In this document: piece after piece, positions 1-9,560 of the stretch
How the letters are laid out: every line of letters starts with the position of its first letter
Numbering within the stretch: the stretch's first letter is position 1
NCBI GenBank assembly: GCA_963796285.1
Contig: CAWCKW010000012.1
Location: forward strand, 1,408,001 to 1,472,000
DNA length: 64,000 nucleotides
Origin: Nitrospirota bacterium
GTDB taxonomy: Bacteria; Nitrospirota; UBA9217
Direction of reading: 5' to 3'
The notes under the pieces: model-generated
Database searches by the model: none
The model's input: the letters and a program-made list of their open reading frames with translations, nothing else
What the model was told of the DNA's origin: nothing
Made by a program: the position numbers and the translations under genes

Positions 1-790
1 GCTCGATGGATGTCGAGTCCGGCCGTTCCACGGTAATACCGGTACATTCACGTACCAGCAAAGCCACGCCAGGGAGATCGTCCTTCTTCATGATATCTTT
101 CAACTTCATTTCAGGTATGGCGCCGCCGGCAATGAACTCCGGCTGGACCTTCATTCCAAGCCGCAGGTATTTATACAGCCCCAGAATGTTCCGCGCATCG
201 ATAAGCCGAGAAAAGTACGTCTTCAGGAGCCGATGAAGATCGGATTCTATCGTTACAGATAGAAAGGTCCCAATAAGGCGTTGCTCGACGGCGCGAAGTC
301 CGCCCGATTCAAGCGTCGTGCCGAGCCCAAGAAATTGACCCGAAAGAGATGAAAAAAGACGCTCTATTCCTCTCACCGCTGCCGGAAGGTCGGTGCTGAA
401 CAAGAGCTCTTTTTTGATCTCGTCGGAAAGAAGACTCCTGTCCAGAAGGTCATCGATCGCGCCTGCCTTTTTGTCAATTAGATGCCTGAGACAGATAAAG
501 ATCGTCCGGAGCTCTGCATACAGGAAAAAGGAAAAGAAGATATCGCGGAGCTGCTGGTTCATCTGCGAATACACCCACTGGTATTCAGCCATGAGATTTC
601 TCCATACCGCATCTGCGTTTTTGCCTTTTTGAAAACCTCCTGCCCCGCCTGTCGGCAGCGACTCGTACAGCGCAGGATCGAAGAGAAGCTGCTTCCAGTC
701 CCGTATCAGCCATGACCGTCTGCCCTTGATCCTCGACAACAGATACTCAATGGGATATCCGGGGTCAGGACTTTTTCTGAGAAGCTCCAT
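1..790 (-). CDS. V/A-type ATP synthase subunit C-like, runs off the left edge (not in ORF track)
   Basis: Manual translation from ATG at 790 (MELLRKSPDPGYPIEYLLSRIKGRRS...SRLIDARNIL) stays open to the window edge; start overlaps the subunit E stop; operon position I-K-E-C. Confidence 0.75.
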   Translation of the reverse strand, partial: MELLRKSPDPGYPIEYLLSRIKGRRSWLIRDWKQLLFDPALYESLPTGGAGGFQKGKNADAVWRNLMAEYQWVYSQMNQQLRDIFFSFFLYAELRTIFICLRHLIDKKAGAIDDLLDRSLLSDEIKKELLFSTDLPAAVRGIERLFSSLSGQFLGLGTTLESGGLRAVEQRLIGTFLSVTIESDLHRLLKTYFSRLIDARNILGLYKYLRLGMKVQPEFIAGGAIPEMKLKDIMKKDDLPGVALLVRECTGITVERPDSTSIE

Positions 791-1355
791 CGGATACCTC
801 CTGGTAAACATCGCTTATCAGCAGCGGCAGCAGGTCGGCCCATGCCAGCTCAAGCCGCTTCTCGAAGGTGTTGATCACCCTGATCGTTCCGTTCTCCATC
901 GCCGCATCCATGCCTCCCGTGATCGTTTCCACCGGCACGACCTCTGCATCGGAAAGATGCTTTCGGGCAAGATCGATGTCCGAAGGATGTACCTGCACGA
1001 GCTTCCACGGGAGAGAGGGGAGTTCCCTCGCCAGTTTTTCAAAGTTTGCCGGGTAACCGTCACCCCTCAACTGTGCAAGCGACGCACGCGCGATCGAGAA
1101 CAGGCGGTCCGAGAGCGTCTTTTCCGCGGCAAGTTTGATCGCCCGCACCCGGCTGCCTGCCTCCGCACGGGCCCGTCGGGATTCCTCCTTTTCGGCGGCA
1201 GCAAGCTCATCAGCATAGTGCTTGCGCAATTCCGCGATCCGTTTGGCCAGCGAAGCCTGCGCAGCCTCCACTTCCTGCTCCGCTTCCTTCCGGTGAAGAC
1301 GAATACTCTCTTCGCTCGCTCTTCGCAGCGACTCGATCAGCTCCCGGGCACCCAT
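765..1355 (-). CDS. V/A-type ATP synthase subunit E
   Basis: 196 aa; N-terminal coiled coil, C-terminal ITGGM...VINTFEKRL typical of subunit E; operon context. Confidence 0.85.
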   Translation of the reverse strand: MGARELIESLRRASEESIRLHRKEAEQEVEAAQASLAKRIAELRKHYADELAAAEKEESRRARAEAGSRVRAIKLAAEKTLSDRLFSIARASLAQLRGDGYPANFEKLARELPSLPWKLVQVHPSDIDLARKHLSDAEVVPVETITGGMDAAMENGTIRVINTFEKRLELAWADLLPLLISDVYQEVSDGASQKKS

Positions 1356-1356
1356 T

Positions 1357-1581
1357 CTATTTCACCGTGAAGAGGATCATGGTCGACACCACGAAACCGA
1401 GGATTACCATGGTCTCGGGAATGGCCACCAGGATCACGATGGTACCGGTAAGCTCCGGCTTTTCCGCGAGCGCCCCGGCCCCTGCCGCCCCGATCTTCGA
1501 CTGCGCCCAGGCCGTGGCAAGGGCCGTGAGGCCGATGGCAAGCGCAGCGCACAACGCGATAAGAACTTTTTCGAGATTCAT
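1357..1581 (-). CDS. V/A-type ATP synthase subunit K (c-ring proteolipid)
   Basis: Single hydrophobic hairpin with AQSKIGAAG and IPET (ion-carrying Glu); AAGGAGG RBS supports the start at 1581. Confidence 0.92.
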   Translation of the reverse strand: MNLEKVLIALCAALAIGLTALATAWAQSKIGAAGAGALAEKPELTGTIVILVAIPETMVILGFVVSTMILFTVK

Positions 1582-1619
1582 AAGTACCTCCTTGTCTGTA
1601 ATTCGTAATGTCAAAACCT

Positions 1620-1833
1620 GACCACAGAGAACTCTGAGGAAACCTTAAAGATCAGCAAGGTATAGTTATTTAAGTTCCCTCCCCTCTTTGACCGCCCAAA
1701 TTATAAACGTCTGATGACGTCTTTCAATCTTTCAACAGGGAACCTCTTTTATTGAATTCATAAAAACCATCAACCATTGAGTTCACACAAATAATTTTAA
1801 TCAAAAATTATATTCTCTGTGTTCTCTGTGGTC
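1620..1833. repeat. Inverted-repeat element (GACCACAGAGAAC ... GTTCTCTGTGGTC) around an AT-rich degenerate insert
   Basis: 13-bp perfect inverted repeat between subunit I and K genes; same family as 8650, 32080 and 49311. Confidence 0.7.
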
Positions 1834-1935
1834 TGCCTTTTTGTGGTTTCATTTTTCGTACCGGAATATACGTATTTATTCGTGATTTTCATATTCTCAT
1901 TTGCTTCGTGACTCCCTGCCTCCGTGGTGAAGCCT

Positions 1936-3813
1936 TCACTTCTTCAGCGGTTCGAACTTTCTCCCCCCGTGTTCCATGAATTTGCTGAAAAATTCCACGT
2001 AGTGGAGCCTGAGCGAGTGTATGGTCGGCGAGAACACGCCGAGAATGATATTGAGCACATGGATCAGGCTGGCCACGAAAATTCCAGTCACGATGTCCCC
2101 GGTCAGGCCACCCAGATTGTTCGCGACAAAGGCGAGCAGCACTGACGTGAGCCCGATCGCCATAATACGGACATAGGAAACAATGTTGCCGATGCTTTTT
2201 AAAAGCTCGAGCGGCGCCAACAGTCCGCCCGTAAAGAACAGGAGCGGCGTAAGGAACAGGATGGCGATAATGACCGGCCGCGAAAGATATGCGGGGAAGA
2301 CCCCGAAGAAGGATGCGAGAATCACGATCAACCCCAGGATCATGACAATGCTCAAGAGCTTGTAAAATGCCTCTTTTTTTTCCTTCTTCTGGAAACCCGT
2401 GATAACGCCGAAAACAAGCCCGAGGAGCACGTGACCGACGCCCACGGCAAGGGCAAAGAAGATCATGGGGACGATCGCGGTCCGGCGTTCGACGCAGAGC
2501 GGCTGAATATGAAAAATCCGTTCCGGGAGGTCGCCGAAGAATTCTCCAAACAGGACGCCGAAGAACATCGAATACAGAGATGCGACCAGTAGGATCCTGG
2601 CGCCATCCCTGATATATTTCCGCTGTCTGAATTTTCTTATCAGGAAGAATGATAGCGCGGCGAGAAACAGACCATATCCTGCATCGCCGAGGATCATCCC
2701 GAAGAAAACCGGAAAAAAGATTCCGATGAACGGGGTCGGATCGTACGAGGTATAGGCCGGCAGCGGCAGCATGCTCGTGAGGATCTCAAATGGTTTGAAG
2801 TACGGAGGATTTTTCATGATGATCGGGACGCGGTCCAGGTCTTCTTCGCGAAGCTCCTTCTCCGCCAGTATGACATCCCCGTGAAATGCTTCCGTCAGAT
2901 CCGCTCTTACCTTCTTTACATTCTGTGCGGCCATCCAGCCGTTGATGAAGAAACACATCCGTGTTTCAAACGCCGCCGCCGTCGTGAACAGTACGGACAA
3001 ACGGTCATCGATCCATTCCCGTACACTGCGGTAGATCGGCGTCCATCGCCGCGCAAATTGGGAAAGCTCGGCATCGATCCGCCCCAGCTCTGCCGAGACT
3101 TCCGCGATCTTTTTCCTGACGTAAGCGCCCTTTTCCGTGAAACTGAGACCGGCAAACGAGGGAGGGAAAATAAGCTCCGGCACCTGCTCATCGCTCAGGG
3201 TCTTTTTCACCTTGTCGGCATGTTCCTTTTCCACCGTAATGAGTCCCACAAGCGTGCCATCCCCGGCGGTCTCGGTCACGAGCTCATATTTCCAATCGGT
3301 GATGCGCGAGAGCGCTTCCTTGAGATGGACCACCATGTCGGGTTCCCGTATGGTCAGGCCGATGAAATCAATGTCCGGCGTTTCTTTAACGCTCTCGATG
3401 AGCGGCGCAAGCGTGCCGAGAAACGCGGCATATCGCTCTAGTTCCTGTTGCTCTTTCTGGAGTGATTCCTTCCGCTTGTTCTTGTCCGTGATCAGGACAC
3501 GATGCCGCTCGATGATCGCTGCCACGGTATCGATGACCGGACGCGGATCGAGGTAACTGTTCCTGACCTGCAGTTTGGGAAGCTGCGACAACAGTTCTCC
3601 GATCTTGGCGCGAAGCTCCTCGAGAAACATCCGTTCGAATACCGACTTTTCATCAAGCATGAACGAACGGATATCGTCCTCATGGCCTTCTTCGATAAAA
3701 CCGACGGTTGCCGGTTCGATCTGAAAGATCCCGAGCTCCCGGAGGCTTGTCAACACCTCCTGAAGAAGTTCTTTCGCCCCAACGATCTCGACCTTTGCCA
3801 TGCGGACGATCAT
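1936..3813 (-). CDS. V/A-type ATP synthase subunit I (a)
   Basis: 625 aa; FFGMILGDAGYG, SYVRIMA (essential Arg), HSLRLHYVEFFSKF. Confidence 0.95.
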   Translation of the reverse strand: MIVRMAKVEIVGAKELLQEVLTSLRELGIFQIEPATVGFIEEGHEDDIRSFMLDEKSVFERMFLEELRAKIGELLSQLPKLQVRNSYLDPRPVIDTVAAIIERHRVLITDKNKRKESLQKEQQELERYAAFLGTLAPLIESVKETPDIDFIGLTIREPDMVVHLKEALSRITDWKYELVTETAGDGTLVGLITVEKEHADKVKKTLSDEQVPELIFPPSFAGLSFTEKGAYVRKKIAEVSAELGRIDAELSQFARRWTPIYRSVREWIDDRLSVLFTTAAAFETRMCFFINGWMAAQNVKKVRADLTEAFHGDVILAEKELREEDLDRVPIIMKNPPYFKPFEILTSMLPLPAYTSYDPTPFIGIFFPVFFGMILGDAGYGLFLAALSFFLIRKFRQRKYIRDGARILLVASLYSMFFGVLFGEFFGDLPERIFHIQPLCVERRTAIVPMIFFALAVGVGHVLLGLVFGVITGFQKKEKKEAFYKLLSIVMILGLIVILASFFGVFPAYLSRPVIIAILFLTPLLFFTGGLLAPLELLKSIGNIVSYVRIMAIGLTSVLLAFVANNLGGLTGDIVTGIFVASLIHVLNIILGVFSPTIHSLRLHYVEFFSKFMEHGGRKFEPLKK

Positions 3814-4130
3814 GGGTCACCCGGCAGGATCATATGGATATGGTCCGCCACAATTCGTGCTAACGCTTCGTCTTTGAGTTGATTGATATGATCGGCCAGA
3901 AGTTCCGCCTGCTTCACCAGGTCTTCGGCCCCGTTCACCGCTTCTCGCTGCAACATCTCCCGAGATTGACGGAAGGAGTCAACAATCTCTTTTTCTTCAT
4001 TTGCCAAACGTACATCCATTTCTTTTTTGCGGGTCTCAAGCCAGACACGCGCCGTCTCTTTTGCCTGCTCAATGGATTGCTGGATCTCTTTTTCCACGCC
4101 GATGATGTCCCGAAGGATATTGTTTTCCAT
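3810..4130 (-). CDS. V/A-type ATP synthase subunit H/G (peripheral stalk)
   Basis: 106 aa charged helical protein; first gene of the operon, ATGA overlap with subunit I. Confidence 0.7.
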   Translation of the reverse strand: MENNILRDIIGVEKEIQQSIEQAKETARVWLETRKKEMDVRLANEEKEIVDSFRQSREMLQREAVNGAEDLVKQAELLADHINQLKDEALARIVADHIHMILPGDP

Positions 4131-4369
4131 ACTTACATTCTATCAAATAAATTACGCCTTAGTGCTCCTTCCTCCACTTGGCATTTTTATGTTAATTTAT
4201 GCAATTCTCTGTCGCAGTAAAATGCATATCTTTCCCCGGTTCACATACTAGAACCGCAAGAATATTGCGATGCAGAACCATACATGCTGTATGAAAAATT
4301 CAATATCTTTAAAAATGGTTGTCCGATGGGGTACTATTGTGATAGGTTGTTTATGCAAGGGGGTGTTTC

Positions 4370-4957
4370 ATGGTGACCTATAATGGAGTGAACCATCTGG
4401 CCCTCGCGACGGGAGACATGGACGGGACCATCCGTTTCTGGAGAGACCTGCTCGGCATGCGCCTGATCGCCGGTCTTGGCCAGCCGGGCTACCGCCAGTA
4501 CTTCTTTGAGATCTCCAGCAGGGACATGATCACGTTCTTCGAATGGCCGGAGATCACACCTGTTGCGGAAAAAGAGCACGGGAGACCGGTACGCGGACCT
4601 TTCATCTTCGACCATGTCTCGATCGGGCTGGAGAACGAAGATGGCCTTTGGCAGCTCAAGGACAGGATCGACGCGGCCGGGATCTGGGTGTCAGAGGTCA
4701 TCGACCACGGCTTCATCCATTCTATCTATTCATATGATCCGAACGGCATCCCCGTTGAATTCAGCTACCATGTGATCGGAACAGACGTGCGCAACGAACC
4801 GTTAATGGCTGACCGGCAGCCTACTCCGGCCGCACAGGAAGGACCGGAACCGCAATTCGAGAAATGGCCGTGTGTTCAGAATCCGACACCAAAAATGGAA
4901 CGAAAGGTCTATCCTGGGGCGGGAAGTGAGCTGTTCCATGGGAAGAAAAAAGCGTAA
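4370..4957 (+). CDS. VOC/glyoxalase family protein
   Basis: GVNHLAL, FDHVSI and SIYSYDPNGIPVE metal-binding motifs. Confidence 0.85.
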   Translation: MVTYNGVNHLALATGDMDGTIRFWRDLLGMRLIAGLGQPGYRQYFFEISSRDMITFFEWPEITPVAEKEHGRPVRGPFIFDHVSIGLENEDGLWQLKDRIDAAGIWVSEVIDHGFIHSIYSYDPNGIPVEFSYHVIGTDVRNEPLMADRQPTPAAQEGPEPQFEKWPCVQNPTPKMERKVYPGAGSELFHGKKKA

Positions 4958-5019
4958 TAATCGCTTCACCCTTCCCTAACTTGCCCTTCAGGTGTGTGGC
5001 TATCGCAGGGGAACGAGTC

Positions 5020-6177
5020 ATGTACGACGTCATCATAGCCGGCGCAGGACCAGCTGGATCCACCTGCGCCCGTGAATGTGCTCAACAGGGGCTCAAGACC
5101 CTTCTCCTTGACAAGGACATCTTCCCCCGGTCCAAACCCTGCGGAGGCGCGGTCTCCGGTCATGCCCTCTCCCTCCTTGACTTCCCTCTCCCGGAGAATA
5201 TTATCGAAAAAGAATGTTTCAACGCACGCGTGCATTATGGCGGTAGAAGTATTGAAGCGAATAGGCAGTACCGTATCGCGGTTTTCGTGAGCCGGATCCG
5301 CTTCGATGCCTTTCTGGCAGAAAAAGCGGTTGAGTGCAACGCACGGTTCTTGCCCGGAGAGAAGGTCGTTGCTGTGCATACCAGTGGCGATGGGATGACC
5401 GTCGTCACTGAGAAGGCGTCCTACCAGACCCGTTTCCTCATCGGCGCGGACGGCATTCACAGCCGCGTGGCGAATGCGGTCAGGCAGCCCCTGGGTAAGG
5501 ACGAGATGATACTGGGCCTGGTCTCAAACGTTCCAACAAACGATGAAACGATAGACAGACGTCAACACAGGACCGTTGACATGCATTTCGGCATCGCGCC
5601 GCAGGGATATGGGTGGCTCTTCCCGCACGGGGGATATCACTCGCTGGGCATCATGGGTCTTGCGTCAAAAATGAAAGAGCCGAAAAAGGTGCTGTCCGGC
5701 TTTGCCCATTCACTGGGGATGGAACTCTCCGCCGTGCAGGGCCACGTTATTCCGCTGGGGGGATTAAAAAGGCATATTGCGTCAGGCGGCATTTTGCTGG
5801 TCGGCGACGCTGCAGGATTTGCGGACGCATTTCATGGCGAGGGGATCGCCTATGCCATCCTCTCCGGCAAGCTGGCTGCCCGGGCGATCATCGACAGCAT
5901 ACAGGGGAAGAGCGGTCCCGCTTCAGCAGCCGTCCGTTATTGCCGGGAAAGCGAACAGCTCATCAGAAAAAACCTTTTGGTCGCGCTGCGCCTCGCACAG
6001 TTGCTTGACAGATATCCCGACCTCTTCCTTCGCATCTTCTTCGATCATCCAAAGGCGCTTGAGCAGTATCTCGACGTCGTAGGAGGCAAGACCGACTACC
6101 GGCACTTTCAGCGATGGCTGCTCCTTCGAACACCCTGGTATCTGCTTTCAAGCTTTATCCCGAAGATAAGAAAATAA
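5020..6177 (+). CDS. Geranylgeranyl reductase family FAD oxidoreductase
   Basis: MYDVIIAGAGPAG, PRSKPCGG, GADG, GYGWLFP, LVGDAAG, GEGI. Confidence 0.9.
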   Translation: MYDVIIAGAGPAGSTCARECAQQGLKTLLLDKDIFPRSKPCGGAVSGHALSLLDFPLPENIIEKECFNARVHYGGRSIEANRQYRIAVFVSRIRFDAFLAEKAVECNARFLPGEKVVAVHTSGDGMTVVTEKASYQTRFLIGADGIHSRVANAVRQPLGKDEMILGLVSNVPTNDETIDRRQHRTVDMHFGIAPQGYGWLFPHGGYHSLGIMGLASKMKEPKKVLSGFAHSLGMELSAVQGHVIPLGGLKRHIASGGILLVGDAAGFADAFHGEGIAYAILSGKLAARAIIDSIQGKSGPASAAVRYCRESEQLIRKNLLVALRLAQLLDRYPDLFLRIFFDHPKALEQYLDVVGGKTDYRHFQRWLLLRTPWYLLSSFIPKIRK

Positions 6178-6272
6178 TTTTTGTTTTAACTCCAGGGAAT
6201 CTGACCGGAATGCATGAACGGATCCTCATCTCATTGCGGGCGTTTGCGATGAAGAGAGAGATCATCCTGCTT

Positions 6273-6611
6273 TCAGGGTTTGGAGACTTCTTTTATCTCA
6301 AACAGCGGCGCGTAGATCGACTCTCCCTTGCATACCGGGCACTTGCCGGGCTTCTTCAGACGCTCCCGCTTTGCAAACGCAAATCCGCACTTTTTACATT
6401 CAGCAGGCGTGACAACCAGATGCCTCCCGGATAGCGTGATCGTTTTTCTGATATGTTCAAGATGGCCGTAGACCTCCTTTTCGGAGATCCTGACAGCCGC
6501 GGACAGCTCCTTGGCGGACCGTGGTCCCTCTCCCAGCTCCGATATGATCTCGTGACGGACCGTATCATGCATCTCCATGGGAACAAATGGTTCTTTCGGT
6601 TTCTCTTTCAT
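6273..6611 (-). CDS. HTH plus Zn-ribbon transcriptional regulator (COG3357-like)
   Basis: HTH SAKELS...EKEVYGHLEHI followed by CKKC...CPVC. Confidence 0.8.
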   Translation of the reverse strand: MKEKPKEPFVPMEMHDTVRHEIISELGEGPRSAKELSAAVRISEKEVYGHLEHIRKTITLSGRHLVVTPAECKKCGFAFAKRERLKKPGKCPVCKGESIYAPLFEIKEVSKP

Positions 6612-6746
6612 TATTGCCCTGAGATTACAGTATATCGTAAATCGAATGCGCCTTTTGTCTAATTACACATTGTCCAAAATTGTGCTATATTATTACAATC
6701 GACGGTTGTACTATCCCCCGAACGTTGCGCTAATTTTCCACCAGCC

Positions 6747-6774
6747 TTGACAGCATCCTGTTCTTTGCTACAAT
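6747..6774 (+). promoter_or_regulatory. sigma70-type promoter immediately upstream of the multiheme cytochrome ATG
   Basis: TTGACA(6747)-16 bp-TACAAT(6769) with an extended TG. Confidence 0.6.
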
Positions 6775-6780
6775 TACACT

Positions 6781-7749
6781 ATGATACGCTTCTACCTTCT
6801 GCTTGTGTTCGCAATCATCCTGTTCCCCTTCCATGCCGTTTCCGGCGAGAATTGCCGCGACTGCCATGGGCAGAAAGGCATGACGGGATTCATAGACCCA
6901 AAGGCCTTTTCGGAATCAGTGCACGGGGTTTTCGCCTGCACCAATTGTCACATCAGCATCACCTCATACCCGCATGGCAAGGTCGCAAAGGTCAACTGCG
7001 GCATCTGCCACCTCCTTGGCACGAACGGCGCTCCAACGGAACAAGCGCGGGCATTCAAGATGAGCGTCCATAACCGCGTCTCACCGGTTGGACAGACCGT
7101 GGTGCCGACATGCCAGACGTGCCACGGCTCGCATTTCATCTATCCATCCAGCGACAGTCGATCAGCGACCCGGCGGCAGAATATCCCGGCACTCTGTTCG
7201 CAGTGCCATGCACGGGAGTACAAGGAGTACAGTACAAGCATTCACGGCATCGAGGCCATTGACCGGAACAATGCGCAAGCGCCCACCTGCTTCAATTGCC
7301 ATCAGGAACACCTGATCCCGCCGACCGGGGATGCGAAGTGGATGCTGTCCCTGGTCCAAGAGTGCGGAAGCTGCCATAGCAAACAGATGACGACCTATCG
7401 AAAGACCTACCACGGCAAGGTGACGCAGCTCGGCTACACCACCATAGCAAAGTGTTCCGACTGCCACGGGTCGCACCGTATTACCCGGGTCACGGACAAC
7501 ACCTCCGTGCTTTCGGAGCAAAATATCCTGAATACATGCAAAAAATGCCATCCCGGGGCAACCCGGGGGTTCACCAAATTCTATGCCCATGCCGACGAGA
7601 CGAACCGGGCGAAATATCCTGTTATGTTCTATACCTATCTTTTCATGACAACGCTCCTGATCGGTGTCTTTGCCTTTTTCTTCACTCACACCTTCCTGTG
7701 GGCCTACCGCTCGCTGAAAGAGCGGATGAACAAGAAGGGAGGCGGGTAA
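6781..7749 (+). CDS. Nonaheme cytochrome c with signal peptide and C-terminal TM helix (CbcL-like periplasmic domain)
   Basis: Nine CxxCH motifs: CRDCH, CTNCH, CGICH, CQTCH, CSQCH, CFNCH, CGSCH, CSDCH, CKKCH. Confidence 0.9.
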   Translation: MIRFYLLLVFAIILFPFHAVSGENCRDCHGQKGMTGFIDPKAFSESVHGVFACTNCHISITSYPHGKVAKVNCGICHLLGTNGAPTEQARAFKMSVHNRVSPVGQTVVPTCQTCHGSHFIYPSSDSRSATRRQNIPALCSQCHAREYKEYSTSIHGIEAIDRNNAQAPTCFNCHQEHLIPPTGDAKWMLSLVQECGSCHSKQMTTYRKTYHGKVTQLGYTTIAKCSDCHGSHRITRVTDNTSVLSEQNILNTCKKCHPGATRGFTKFYAHADETNRAKYPVMFYTYLFMTTLLIGVFAFFFTHTFLWAYRSLKERMNKKGGG

Positions 7750-7750
7750 C

Positions 7751-8566
7751 GTGTCACAGGTAAAACGCTTTACCGCGTTCCACCGGGTCCTTCATGTCGT
7801 CATGGCCATAAGCTTCATCGGCCTCGTCGCATCCGGCATGCCGATCAAGTATTCCCAGTCACCCTGGGCCGCATGGCTCATGAGCCTCCTGGGAGGGTAT
7901 CAGGGCGCGGCCCTCGTCCACCGCATCTGCGCGGTCCTCACCTTTGGTTATTTCGCTGCCCACATCGGATACGTGATCTACGACATCGCTGTGGTCAGGA
8001 AGTTCAAGTTCAACCCCCTTGGACCGGAATCCATGGTGCCGTGGTTCAAGGACGTCGAGGACATGTACGGTAATTTCAAATGGTTCCTCGGAAAAGGACC
8101 GCGCCCGCAGTTCGACCGCTGGGCGTACTGGGAAAAGTTCGATTACTGGGCGGTGTTCTGGGGAGTCGGGATGATCGGGGTGTCGGGGCTCTTCTTGTGG
8201 TTCCCGGCGTTCTTCGGACGGTTCTTTCCCGGATGGGCATTCAACGTGGCAACGGTCATCCACAGCGACGAGGCGCTCCTCGCCGCCGGTTTCATCTTTA
8301 CGATCCACTACTTTAACACGCACCTGAGGCCGGAAAAATTCCCCATGGACCCGGTCATCTTCACCGGGCGCGTCACCCTTCACGAACTGCAGCAGGAGCG
8401 GCCCCTCGAATATCAGCGTCTGGTCGCGGAAGAACAACTTGAGCGCTATCTGGTCGAACCACAGAAGAACTGGATCACGGATGCCGGGATCTTTTTCGGG
8501 TTCGCGGCAGTATTCATCGGCTTCCTGCTGCTTATGCTGATCATTCTGGGGCAGTTCGTGTACTGA
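7751..8566 (+). CDS. FdnI/HydC-type di-heme cytochrome b
   Basis: RFTAFHRVLH, HRICA, WEKFDYWAVFWG, HSDEALLA, HYFNTH; starts 1 nt after the cytochrome c stop. Confidence 0.88.
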   Translation: MSQVKRFTAFHRVLHVVMAISFIGLVASGMPIKYSQSPWAAWLMSLLGGYQGAALVHRICAVLTFGYFAAHIGYVIYDIAVVRKFKFNPLGPESMVPWFKDVEDMYGNFKWFLGKGPRPQFDRWAYWEKFDYWAVFWGVGMIGVSGLFLWFPAFFGRFFPGWAFNVATVIHSDEALLAAGFIFTIHYFNTHLRPEKFPMDPVIFTGRVTLHELQQERPLEYQRLVAEEQLERYLVEPQKNWITDAGIFFGFAAVFIGFLLLMLIILGQFVY

Positions 8567-8649
8567 TCCAAATACTCTCTTTGCTGAAGGTGAGATCATA
8601 AATTTTTTTATGAAAACGGCAAATAAAAAATGAGGACGCAAAAAGACAA

Positions 8650-8709
8650 ACCACAGAGAACACGGAGAAAAGAATTTCGGACTAACAAAATATCTGTGAG
8701 CTCTGTGGT
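8650..8709. repeat. Palindromic intergenic repeat (ACCACAGAG...CTCTGTGGT)
   Basis: Inverted arms with 9-nt sub-repeats, downstream of the cytochrome b gene. Confidence 0.65.
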
Positions 8710-8851
8710 CAAAGGTTTTTTGTGAATTCACTTAGTTAGAGTCCATTTAAGATGGTTTTTTTACAGAAGCTTCAGGATGGTAAAGGATTTAATGAGAGGT
8801 TCTCCATTCATCCTGTATAATTTGGTTCCGCCTTATCAGGGGTAATAATCC

Positions 8852-9560
8852 ATGTCATTAGAACAAAGAGACCTTTTCATCAAACATATTTTCTCGACAG
8901 TTGCGCCTCATGTCGATCTCCTGAGCAGCGGATTCAGTTTTGGTTTCGACCACTTCTGGCGCAAGCAGGCGGTTTCCAGGTCCGGCATCCATGAGGGCGA
9001 GCAGGTGCTCGATGTCTGTACCGGCACCGGTGAGCTCGCCTTTCTGCTCGCCCAGCGGGTGGGCCCGCGGGGCCTGGTCACGGGAGCCGATTTCTGCCAG
9101 GAAATGCTCGACCGTGCAAAGACCAAGTCCGGACACCAATATCAGAATCTGGCCTTTATCCTCTCAGACGCAAAACGGCTCCCTTTTCCGGATAAGACCT
9201 TTGATGCCGTCACCGTGGCTTTCGGCATGCGGAACATCCCCGATACCTCGCTGGCCCTTCTGGAGATCAATCGGGTGCTTAAGCCCGGCGGAAAGTTCAT
9301 CTGTCTTGAGCTGACGAAACCGCATGCGTCCTGGTTCCGTGCGCTCTATGAGTGGTACGTATTCAGGATCATGCCGTTTATCGGGAATCTGGTCGTTAAA
9401 ACCGCTGCGCCCTATTTGTATCTCCCCCGCTCCATCAATGCATTTTACCCGCCTGATGAGTTCAAGCGCATCATTGCCAACAACGGATTTGCCGAGCGTC
9501 ACCGTCGATTCCCTGACCATGGGGATTGCAACGCTTTACCGGGCGGAAAAACGTGGATAA
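8852..9560 (+). CDS. ubiE: UbiE/MenG quinone C-methyltransferase (frameshift near 9495)
   Basis: VLDVCTGTG, FDAVTVAFGMRN, RVLKPGG, YLPRSI; C-terminus SLTMGIATLYRAEKRG lies in another frame ending at 9560. Confidence 0.88.
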
